The notes beneath the pieces are model-generated. The model had not been told where the DNA came from and made no database searches. It saw only the letters and a list, made by a program, of their open reading frames with translations. Shown here piece by piece: positions 54,521 through 61,692 of a DNA stretch of 64,000 bases. The DNA comes from a virus (taxonomy: Duplodnaviria > Caudoviricetes): positions 23,927 through 87,926 of IMG/VR virus record IMGVR_UViG_2932454522_000002. One strand, 5' to 3'. How positions within the stretch are numbered: position 1 is the stretch's first letter; each line of letters starts with the position of its first letter. Made by a program: the position numbers and the translations under genes.

Positions 54521-56149
54521 GTGTCTCGCTTCAACACGCGCTCGACCCGTCCCGCCGCCCACTCGCCCGTGACCACCACCGGGGAACGGACCCGCACCCA
54601 CGAGGGTGGCGCCGGGCACCTCCGCGACACCAAGTCCGAGCTCTTCCTGCTCGCGGTCGGCAACTTCGTGGGCGCCGACTCCTTCTACGAGAAGGGCGGC
54701 CAGCGCGACGACCGCTACACGCAGCTCATCCGCTCCCTCGCCATCGAAGACCCCGACTGGTGCCTCGACTTCCTCCGCTGGCTCCGCACCGAGGCGAACA
54801 TGCGCACCGCATCCCTCGTCGGAGCAGCCGAGTTCACCGCAGAACGCATCCTCCAGAACGCGCCCGGCTACGGACGCCAGGCCATCGACGCCGTACTTCA
54901 GCGCGCCGACGAGCCGGGGGAGATGCTCGGCTACTGGACCAGCAAGTGCGGGCGCAAGCTCCCCAAGCCCGTGAAGCGCGGCATCGCCGACGCCGTCCAG
55001 CGGCTCTACACGGAGCGGTCGCTCCTCAAGTACGACACCGAGTCCAAGGGCTACCGCTTCGGCGACGTCCTCAACCTCGTCCACGCGTCGCCCGCAGACG
55101 ACAAGCCCTGGCAGGGCGACCTGTTCAAGCACGCCCTCGACCGGCGTCACAAGAGCGACGACGAGATCCCCGAGGTGCTGGAAACGCTACGGAACCGAGC
55201 CGAACTCATGGCTCACCCCGTCGAGCAGCGGCGCGAACTCCTCACCAATCCGATCGCGCTGACCGTACTCCGCGACGCGGGCATGACCTGGGAAGCCCTG
55301 GCCGGCTGGCTTCAGGGCCCGATGGACAAGCAGGCATGGGAAGCGGTCATCCCGTCGATGGGGCTGATGGCCCTGGCTCGGAACCTCCGCAACTTCGACG
55401 AGGCCGGAGTCTCCGACGAGATCGCCGCGCAGATCTGCGCCCGGTTCGCCGACCCGGAGCAGGTCGCCAAGTCGCGCATGTTCCCGTTCCGCTGGTGGGC
55501 CGCCTACAAGCACGCCCCGTCGCTGAGGTGGGCTCACGCCCTGGAGCAGGCCATCGGGCACTCGCTCGCCAACGTGCCGCAACTGCCGGGAACCACCCTG
55601 ATCCTGGTCGACCGGTCGCCCAGCATGTTCCCTGGCTACCACTTCTCCACGGCCAATAGGTCCGACATCACGCTCGCCGAGCAGGCCGCGGTCTTCGGAT
55701 CCGCCCTTGCGCTGCGCGCAGAGAAGCCGACCCTCGTCGAGTTCGGCGGCGCGTCCCAGAAGCTCGACGTACAGAAGGGCGGCAGCATCCTCAAGCACAT
55801 CGAGCAGCACGGGCAGATCGACGGCACCGACATCCCCTCGGCCGTCAAGCGGCACTGGTTCGCCCACGACCGCATCGTCATCGTCACCGACGAACAGTCC
55901 CGGCCCGGCTGGCTCCCCTCCAACATGGGGATGTATGGCGGCATGCGGGAGACGACGATCGACGAACTCGTGCCGAAGACGACGCCCGTCTACATGTGGA
56001 ACCTGGCTGGCTACAAGGCGGGCGCCATGCCCAACGGCACGACCGGACGGCACTGCTTCGGCGGGCTCACCGATCAGGCGTTCCGGATGGTGCCGCTCCT
56101 GGAGGCCGGACGGGACGCCGACTGGCCGTGGGTGGGCGGGCGTTCGTGA
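54521..56149 (+). CDS. rsr: Ro60/Rsr TROVE-domain RNA-binding protein with vWA domain
   Basis: MSRFN..THEGG.G..RD.KSELFLLAV, FYE, LRTEANMR, RADEPGE, MTWE, MALARNLRNF, SRMFPFR; MIDAS DRSPS; VTDEQ. Confidence 0.9.
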   Translation: MSRFNTRSTRPAAHSPVTTTGERTRTHEGGAGHLRDTKSELFLLAVGNFVGADSFYEKGGQRDDRYTQLIRSLAIEDPDWCLDFLRWLRTEANMRTASLVGAAEFTAERILQNAPGYGRQAIDAVLQRADEPGEMLGYWTSKCGRKLPKPVKRGIADAVQRLYTERSLLKYDTESKGYRFGDVLNLVHASPADDKPWQGDLFKHALDRRHKSDDEIPEVLETLRNRAELMAHPVEQRRELLTNPIALTVLRDAGMTWEALAGWLQGPMDKQAWEAVIPSMGLMALARNLRNFDEAGVSDEIAAQICARFADPEQVAKSRMFPFRWWAAYKHAPSLRWAHALEQAIGHSLANVPQLPGTTLILVDRSPSMFPGYHFSTANRSDITLAEQAAVFGSALALRAEKPTLVEFGGASQKLDVQKGGSILKHIEQHGQIDGTDIPSAVKRHWFAHDRIVIVTDEQSRPGWLPSNMGMYGGMRETTIDELVPKTTPVYMWNLAGYKAGAMPNGTTGRHCFGGLTDQAFRMVPLLEAGRDADWPWVGGRS

Positions 56150-56295
56150 TCTGCTTCCACAAGTGGTCGCCATGGAGGGACGGCACCGCTACGTACAACT
56201 CGCCGCTCTTCTCGAAGCTTGGCGTGTGGACCGGAGCGATCCAGCAGCGGCGCTGCACGAAGTGCAACAAGCAACAGATCCGCCCGGTCCGCTGA
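56146..56295 (+). CDS. small Cys/His prophage protein
   Basis: GTGA overlap with TROVE; CFHKW...RRCTKC. Confidence 0.55.
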   Translation: MICFHKWSPWRDGTATYNSPLFSKLGVWTGAIQQRRCTKCNKQQIRPVR

Positions 56296-56307
56296 CGCGG
56301 CCCCCTC

Positions 56308-56339
56308 AGCCCCGCTCCTCTATATAGGGGGGCGGGGCT
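56308..56339. terminator. hairpin between convergent genes
   Basis: AGCCCCGCTCCTCT-atat-AGGGGGGCGGGGCT. Confidence 0.6.
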
Positions 56340-56457
56340 CCGCCGCCTCTGTGGCGAGACGGGTCGGTCCGTTATCGCAGAGGTAGCGCATAACGGTCCC
56401 TGAAGCGCTACGAGTTGACCACGGACCGCTCTCGATAACATGCGTAATCGCGGGCGG

Positions 56458-57327
56458 TCAGCTGGCCGGCGCCGCCGCCTCGTCGTGGTCGCGAAGCATC
56501 CGCATCACGGTGGCCGCGGACGGGTGCTGCCCCTTCTTCGCGCCGGTGGTGATGACGAGCTTGGCCGCGATGTCGCGCAGGCTGAGGTTCTGGTCGCGCA
56601 GGTGGAGCGCCATGCTGAGCATGTCGTCGTCGGTGACGCTGGCGCCGCCGATGGTCTTGCCGTTCTTGCGTGCGGTCTCGTGCCCGTCGAGGGTGCGCTC
56701 GCGGATGTACTCGCGCTCCATGCCGGACATGGCGGCGCAGAACGCGAACATGGGCCCGGACGGGTCGTGTTCGCCGCGGAGTTCGCCGGTTAGGAACTCC
56801 AGCCGTATGCCGTACTCCTTGAGGCTCTCGGCGAGGTTGACGAGGTCGGCGCCGCGGCCGAGGCGCTTGTGCTCGTGGACGACGAGCGTCACCTCAAGCC
56901 CGGTGGTGCGGAGTTCGCGGGCGAAGTCGATGGCCTTGGTCAGCTGGGGCCTCGCTTTGACGCGGGTGCTGACCTTCTCGGAGAAGATCCTGCTGACGTC
57001 GGCGTCGTTGAGGGCGTCGAGTTGGTAGTCGAGGGACTGCCGGGCTGTGGAGGCTCGGGCGTAGCCGATGCGGACGTTGCCAGTTGCGCCGCCGGTCTTC
57101 GCGGCTGCGGGGGAGGGCAGTGCTTCCCATCGCTGTCCCGGCCTACGGACGGCGGGAGTTGGGACGCTGAGTTCCTTCTTGAGTTGCGACACCAGTCGGA
57201 AGCGGGCGGTGTGGTACTGGATCGCGACGCGACCCTTGGTTGTGCGACAGGGGGAGCCGGCGGGGGCCTGGCAGGTGGACATCGGGCAGTCGTGTTGCTC
57301 GACGAGGATGTGTGGGTCGGCGGCCAT
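56458..57327 (-). CDS. serine resolvase with N-terminal Zn finger and C-terminal HTH
   Basis: CPMSTC...C...H finger; RIGYARAST catalytic motif; RIFSEKVS, RPQL, KRLGR, EREYIRERT. Confidence 0.9.
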   Translation of the reverse strand: MAADPHILVEQHDCPMSTCQAPAGSPCRTTKGRVAIQYHTARFRLVSQLKKELSVPTPAVRRPGQRWEALPSPAAAKTGGATGNVRIGYARASTARQSLDYQLDALNDADVSRIFSEKVSTRVKARPQLTKAIDFARELRTTGLEVTLVVHEHKRLGRGADLVNLAESLKEYGIRLEFLTGELRGEHDPSGPMFAFCAAMSGMEREYIRERTLDGHETARKNGKTIGGASVTDDDMLSMALHLRDQNLSLRDIAAKLVITTGAKKGQHPSAATVMRMLRDHDEAAAPAS

Positions 57328-57564
57328 GCCCAATTGTTCCATGGGAGTGTTGCAACCCGCACGTGTTTTGAAACACCCCATGAAACTAATCGTGCTGCGG
57401 CGATCTCGACTCGGCGTTGCAGTGCACGAGGGACCACCTATGCAACAGCCCGAACCGGCAGGGGGATAGCGCCTCGGACAGATCGCAGTTCCTGGTCTAC
57501 GCTCGCAACAGGCGCGGGGCCTACCGCGGTCGAGGCTCGACCGCACCAGAGTCCAGGAGGACTC

Positions 57565-57903
57565 ATGACCGTAGGCCGCATCAACGCAGCCAAGTGCATC
57601 TCGCGTCGCCTCGGCGAGCCGCACGACACCGACTTCGGCGGCGAGGAAACACAGCACCTCTTCAACGTCGCCTTCGCGGACATCGCCTGCCCGCCGTCGG
57701 GTTACAGCATCAGTTGGGACGACTGGTACTACTACGCCGACCAGTTCCATCTCGCGTGGAAGGCGGACTGGTTCCTCGAGCCGGACGGTGCTCCGAAGGC
57801 GCTCCCGTCGCACCTGACAGGAGAGAAACGGCAGCGCGCCGAACGAGCAGTGGCGTTGGCCGTTTGGATCCGCCGCGAGGCGCACCGCCGAGGCATCCAC
57901 TGA
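57565..57903 (+). CDS. hypothetical protein
   Basis: AGGAGG RBS. Confidence 0.6.
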   Translation: MTVGRINAAKCISRRLGEPHDTDFGGEETQHLFNVAFADIACPPSGYSISWDDWYYYADQFHLAWKADWFLEPDGAPKALPSHLTGEKRQRAERAVALAVWIRREAHRRGIH

Positions 57904-57908
57904 GTCCG

Positions 57909-58103
57909 TCACTGCCGCCCGGTCTCCGAGTTGGGTTCTAGTCGGGCGGCGAGGCGGTGCATCGCCCGCACGCTGTCTGGCGTGTGCTCGTTCCAGTCGT
58001 CGAGCGCGCGCCAGACCGCAAGCGCCTCGCTGCGAGTGAAGGGCAAGGTGTAGACGGCGTCAGCGTCACCTTGCGCCGCGGCGGCTTCAGAGAAGGTCAT
58101 CAC
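57909..58103 (-). CDS. small hypothetical protein
   Basis: YTLPFTRSEALAVWRAL; converges with the 57903 stop. Confidence 0.45.
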   Translation of the reverse strand: MMTFSEAAAAQGDADAVYTLPFTRSEALAVWRALDDWNEHTPDSVRAMHRLAARLEPNSETGRQ

Positions 58104-58133
58104 GACGGTGGCAACGCCACGAACGCGCAGCGG

Positions 58134-58319
58134 TCACGCTCTGGGTTCGAGCAGCTCCCCAACCTTGGTCGGCAGCACCTCGATGTCCGTGCAGCCGCCG
58201 GCTTCCAGCTCGCGCTTCCGGTCCTCGGCGCTGGCCTTGTCGTAGCTGACGGCTGACGCGCGCGCCTTCCCGTTGGCGTCGGTCCAGCGGATCCCGTAGT
58301 TCTGCATCTTGATCGTCAT
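58134..58319 (-). CDS. small hypothetical protein (probably leaderless)
   Basis: WTDANGKARASAVSYDKASAEDRK; promoter motif 6 nt upstream. Confidence 0.6.
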   Translation of the reverse strand: MTIKMQNYGIRWTDANGKARASAVSYDKASAEDRKRELEAGGCTDIEVLPTKVGELLEPRA

Positions 58320-58325
58320 GCGGGC

Positions 58326-58347
58326 ATTGTCGCTGCCGGGTGTGACA
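58326..58347 (-). promoter_or_regulatory. RecA-NDp-like promoter TGTCAC-N10-GACAAT
   Basis: Exact spacing; 6 nt before the ATG. Confidence 0.5.
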
Positions 58348-58370
58348 GCGAGTGCGGTCGCCGCGCCCGC

Positions 58371-58706
58371 CTAGTCCAGCACCCCGAGCGTGGTGTCGGG
58401 CCGGCAGTGCGGGCACGCGTCGACGTCCTGGGCGAGTGCCTGCCGCGCCTGCTCGCGGGTGGCCGCGACGGACCGTTTCCCCGCCATGTGGCAGCCGCCT
58501 TCGTGCACGTATACGGCGCGGCGTTTCTGGAGTCCGCGTTCGATGAGCCAGTCTGGATCGGGTGGCCTGCGCCGCTCGCCTTCCTGCCGCTCCGTCTCGC
58601 GCTGCTGCTCCTCGGCGATCCACCTGCGGGTGCGCTGCAGGTCTTGCACCTGGACGCGTTCGAGGAAGCGGAGCAGGTCGAGGCGGGTGGGCAGTGGATC
58701 GGACAC
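58371..58706 (-). CDS. DUF6233-like Zn-binding protein
   Basis: WLIERG...VHEGGCHMAG...EQARQAL...ACPHCRPDTTLG. Confidence 0.8.
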   Translation of the reverse strand: MSDPLPTRLDLLRFLERVQVQDLQRTRRWIAEEQQRETERQEGERRRPPDPDWLIERGLQKRRAVYVHEGGCHMAGKRSVAATREQARQALAQDVDACPHCRPDTTLGVLD

Positions 58707-58714
58707 AAGTTCGA
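58699..58714. promoter_or_regulatory. LexA (SOS) box
   Basis: TCGAAC-TTGT-GTCCGA on the - strand, one mismatch to TCGAAC-N4-GTTCGA; overlaps a TAGAAT -10 and the GTG start. Confidence 0.65.
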
Positions 58715-58762
58715 TTCTATGCTCTACTGCCAGCACCACCCACACGAGACCCAGGAGGCGGC

Positions 58763-59002
58763 ATGGACAGCGACGCCAGCATCCTCGCCCGCCTCGACAT
58801 CGACCCGACAAGCCTCGACCCGGCGCCGCCCTGGCCAGCCAGCCGAGCAGCCCGCGAACGCCTGGGCCCGCCCGACTCGGTGCCTTGCTCCGTGTGCGGT
58901 CGCATGGCCATCGCGACCCGCATCGTCAACGTCGACCAGCCACGATGGTTGAACATGTGCCGCCGAGACCTGCTGAAGCGCCACGGGAAGGCGGACCGGT
59001 GA
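58763..59002 (+). CDS. small Zn-finger-like protein
   Basis: AGGAGG RBS; CSVC...RWLNMC. Confidence 0.55.
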   Translation: MDSDASILARLDIDPTSLDPAPPWPASRAARERLGPPDSVPCSVCGRMAIATRIVNVDQPRWLNMCRRDLLKRHGKADR

Positions 59003-59190
59003 CCCCGCGCCCGGACCGCTACCGCGTGACGCTCACCCTCGACGGCCGCCCCGCCATGCACGGCTACTGGAAGAAGCGGGCGACGGCCGAAGGCAAGCTG
59101 GAGTCCTGGCTGCGCACCTACGGCAGCCCCACATCCCGCGGCGAACTGCTCGATACCGAGACCGGTGAGACGCTCCAGTCCTGGCCGTAG
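58999..59190 (+). CDS. small hypothetical protein
   Basis: GTGA overlap; RYRVTLTLDGRPAMHGYW...ATAEGK...SWP. Confidence 0.6.
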   Translation: MTPRPDRYRVTLTLDGRPAMHGYWKKRATAEGKLESWLRTYGSPTSRGELLDTETGETLQSWP

Positions 59191-59234
59191 TGTCGGCGGC
59201 TCGTGCGACCCTGGGAGCGGACCTAGGAGGGGCC

Positions 59235-59561
59235 GTGTTCGAAGACTTCTTCAAGCCGGAGTGCCGGAAGCACGGCAAGGGCTGCGGCGTCCCGTGGGGG
59301 TACGACAGGGATCACACTGACAGCGACCGGCCTTACACGGTCGATGAGCTGGCCGGTCGGGTCGAGGCGCCTCACCGGTTCGCGTACCAGTCGACGCGAG
59401 ACTATGAGCTGGGCTTCTACACGTGGCGGGCGATGCGCCGCGATGCCCGGCTGACGGCCGCCGAGGAGCGCACTCGCGAGCCGATCATGCTGGCGCGGCT
59501 CGGGATTCCTGACGACAGCTTCGAGGAAGTCATCCAGCGGATGGGTGCGCGAGCCAACTAA
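59235..59561 (+). CDS. hypothetical protein
   Basis: TAGGAGG RBS; preceded by TGTCGG-N10-GACCCT (59191-59212). Confidence 0.6.
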   Translation: MFEDFFKPECRKHGKGCGVPWGYDRDHTDSDRPYTVDELAGRVEAPHRFAYQSTRDYELGFYTWRAMRRDARLTAAEERTREPIMLARLGIPDDSFEEVIQRMGARAN

Positions 59562-59579
59562 CCGTCAGCGCCCCGGCGT

Positions 59580-59601
59580 TGTCAGCGGCCTCGTTTAGAC
59601 T
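59580..59601 (+). promoter_or_regulatory. RecA-NDp/PafBC-type promoter TGTCAG-N10-TAGACT
   Basis: Full match to TGTCRG-N10-TAnnnT. Confidence 0.65.
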
Positions 59602-59693
59602 TCCACTATCTATCCGAGCTGCGCGACGCGGATGATATTCGAATGCGCCCCGCCGGACGACGACCCGGCGGGGCGTGCGACTTTGGAGGCGCC

Positions 59694-59891
59694 GTGATCT
59701 GCCGCCTGCTGCGCCGCCTGTTCCCGGCCCACTACGCGAGCGGTGGGGCACTGCCGCCGTACATCCCGCGCGAGGACTCGCAGCTGGTCGTGCTGTCGCC
59801 GGGCCGCCCGATCGCCGATCCTGACGTCGCAGAGTCGCTCGGCCTCACCGCCGATGCGCGACGGATGCGGTACCAAGGAGAACGCTCGTGA
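59694..59891 (+). CDS. small hypothetical protein
   Basis: GGAGG RBS. Confidence 0.5.
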   Translation: MICRLLRRLFPAHYASGGALPPYIPREDSQLVVLSPGRPIADPDVAESLGLTADARRMRYQGERS

Positions 59892-60151
59892 CGAACATCG
59901 AACGCATGCTGACCGACATCCGCTTCTACGAGCAGGTGCTCGGTGATGCGCGCCGCACGATCCTTTGCCCGCCGGATCTGGTCGAGGCGGTTCGCGCCGT
60001 TGTCGAGGCGCATGACGTAGGCGGCCTGTACCGGGTGGCCGCCTTGCCGCTCTGCCCAGACGGGCGCCTGATCGCCATCGACGAGCAGGCCTTGGATGCG
60101 GCGATGCGCCAGACGGTCCAGAGCTTCGCGCGTGGGGTCCGAGTCCGGTAG
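59888..60151 (+). CDS. hypothetical protein
   Basis: AAGGAG RBS; GTGA overlap. Confidence 0.6.
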   Translation: MTNIERMLTDIRFYEQVLGDARRTILCPPDLVEAVRAVVEAHDVGGLYRVAALPLCPDGRLIAIDEQALDAAMRQTVQSFARGVRVR

Positions 60152-60391
60152 CTAGCCCTCGTCGACCGGCGTATGCCGCACGTCCTGCCGCAGCTGCTTC
60201 TCCACGTCGAACCGGTTGAGTTCATGCTCGGCGGCGTATGCGGTGACTGCCGCCTGCACTTTGGCTGCTGCTTCGAACCAAGTCTCGCGCTGCTTGTCGC
60301 GTTCGCTGTCGTCGAGGTGTTCCAGCTTCCGGCCCTCTTCGTCGGCCGCGCGCTGGAGGGTCTTCAGGTCGTCTGGGAGTTCGATCGCCAC
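60152..60391 (-). CDS. small helical protein
   Basis: IELPDDLKTLQRAA...VQAAVTAYAAE..LNRFDVEKQLRQDVRH. Confidence 0.65.
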   Translation of the reverse strand: MAIELPDDLKTLQRAADEEGRKLEHLDDSERDKQRETWFEAAAKVQAAVTAYAAEHELNRFDVEKQLRQDVRHTPVDEG

Positions 60392-60450
60392 TGGCTGATC
60401 ATAGGTCGTTCATGATTCATCCACGGTGGCGGCTCGCTTTACCCTCGCAT

Positions 60451-60489
60451 GCCAACACTGTTGAATCTGTTGGCCAACAACTGTAGAAT
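60451..60489 (+). promoter_or_regulatory. TTGAAT-17-TAGAAT promoter with palindromic operator
   Basis: TGTTGGCCAACA (60468-60479) lies in the spacer; CAACACTGTTG upstream; ATG 7 nt after the -10. Confidence 0.7.
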
Positions 60490-60496
60490 CATTGGC

Positions 60497-61039
60497 ATGC
60501 AGCGCGACGACGAACCCACCATCCTCGCCTCCATCGCCGCCGCTCGCGTGCGCCTGGAGGAAGCCGAAGAGCAGAAGAAGGCCGCCGACAAGGAAGCCCG
60601 GCAGGCCAAGGAGAACTGCGACCGCGAGCGTCGAGTCCTCATCGACCGCGTCATCGCGGCCACGAACAACGCCGTCGCCCAGAACCTCGTCGCCAGCGAG
60701 GCCGGACGCACCCGCGAGTGGGTGCGCCAGATGGGCAACCGCGTCAGCTGGCCCGACGACATCACCGCCATCGCCTTCCCACCTGAGGGCAACGACACCA
60801 CGCACTGGCGCGCCGCCGCCCTGTACGTCTGGATCTCATCCGCCCGCACCAGGGACCTGGAACCGCTTGTCATCGAGTCCTTCAAGCCCGTCGGTAACCA
60901 GATCGCACAGGTGCTGGTGTACGACCAGGAGTGGACGCTCCTCCTCGACGGCGACACTGTGCGCGTCGCTCAAGGCAACGAGCACTACCCCGACCCCGCG
61001 TTCGACCCCAACTACCCGAACAAGAAGCGAGGAGAATGA
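60497..61039 (+). CDS. coiled-coil/HTH protein
   Basis: AQNLVASEAGRTREWVRQM HTH; probably leaderless. Confidence 0.65.
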   Translation: MQRDDEPTILASIAAARVRLEEAEEQKKAADKEARQAKENCDRERRVLIDRVIAATNNAVAQNLVASEAGRTREWVRQMGNRVSWPDDITAIAFPPEGNDTTHWRAAALYVWISSARTRDLEPLVIESFKPVGNQIAQVLVYDQEWTLLLDGDTVRVAQGNEHYPDPAFDPNYPNKKRGE

Positions 61040-61383
61040 CGATGATAGAAGCGCAGACGATCCGCGTGCGGGTCACGCGGAACGAGGCAGTCTTCTTTGA
61101 GGGCGACGTGCAGGTGTACCCGTGGCACATCGCGACCTACGGCGACGACTGGGCGCTGTGGCTGCGGAACGTGGCGCCCGAGTGGGTCGACCGGACCGCG
61201 AGCGGCATCTGCGACGAGGAGTTCCAGTCCGTGGCCACGGACGTCGGCAGCGGCGAGCAGTTGGCCGCCGTGGAGTTCAGGCACTCGACCAGGACGCCGG
61301 ACGAGTTCCTTGCCCACATGGCGGCCCAGGACCCGACTCGCCTTGAGGCCGACCGCGCCGCCGCATGGAACCGCACCGCCTAG
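61036..61383 (+). CDS. hypothetical protein
   Basis: GAGGAG RBS; ATGA overlap. Confidence 0.6.
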   Translation: MTMIEAQTIRVRVTRNEAVFFEGDVQVYPWHIATYGDDWALWLRNVAPEWVDRTASGICDEEFQSVATDVGSGEQLAAVEFRHSTRTPDEFLAHMAAQDPTRLEADRAAAWNRTA

Positions 61384-61400
61384 GGCCAGCGCCACACAAC

Positions 61401-61433
61401 GAAGCCCCGGCCAGGATCAGCGACCGGGGCTTC
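61401..61433. terminator. hairpin between convergent genes
   Basis: GAAGCCCCGG...CCGGGGCTTC. Confidence 0.55.
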
Positions 61434-61443
61434 GGCGTGCACT

Positions 61444-61629
61444 CTACGCCGCTTCGACGATCTCCCCTTCGGCTGCCGTCGCCAGAGCCCACTCCGCGAC
61501 CAGCAGCTCGTAGCGTCGCCGAGAGTCCCCGTACAGCCAGCCGCCGCACGCCTCAACCAGCTCACGGATCTCCGCATTCACCTGCTCAGCGGGGCGTCGA
61601 CGGCCCGGGGCCGGAGGGGTGGGAGGCAT
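61444..61629 (-). CDS. small hypothetical protein (probably leaderless)
   Basis: RPAEQVNAEIREL...RRRYELLVAEWALA; TGACAG-N10-TAGGAT (61636-61657) 6 nt upstream. Confidence 0.65.
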   Translation of the reverse strand: MPPTPPAPGRRRPAEQVNAEIRELVEACGGWLYGDSRRRYELLVAEWALATAAEGEIVEAA

Positions 61630-61692
61630 GGACCAATCCTAGGCGCGGGCACTGTCAGAACCCAGCCCGTGATCAATACGGGCATAGTCCGA

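Larger units (their letters stand above)
1..56295. mobile_element. temperate siphovirus-like element with a conjugative-transfer module; boundaries not seen
   Basis: Complete head-tail-lysis operon plus repressor, xis, TraB and clt; phage-like small genes continue to at least 61.6 kb. Confidence 0.85.

Noticed and set aside
56458-57912. 484-aa large serine integrase
   Set aside because: The upstream extension overlaps a better + strand gene; the real protein is a ~289-aa resolvase lacking the recombinase and zinc-ribbon C-terminal domains
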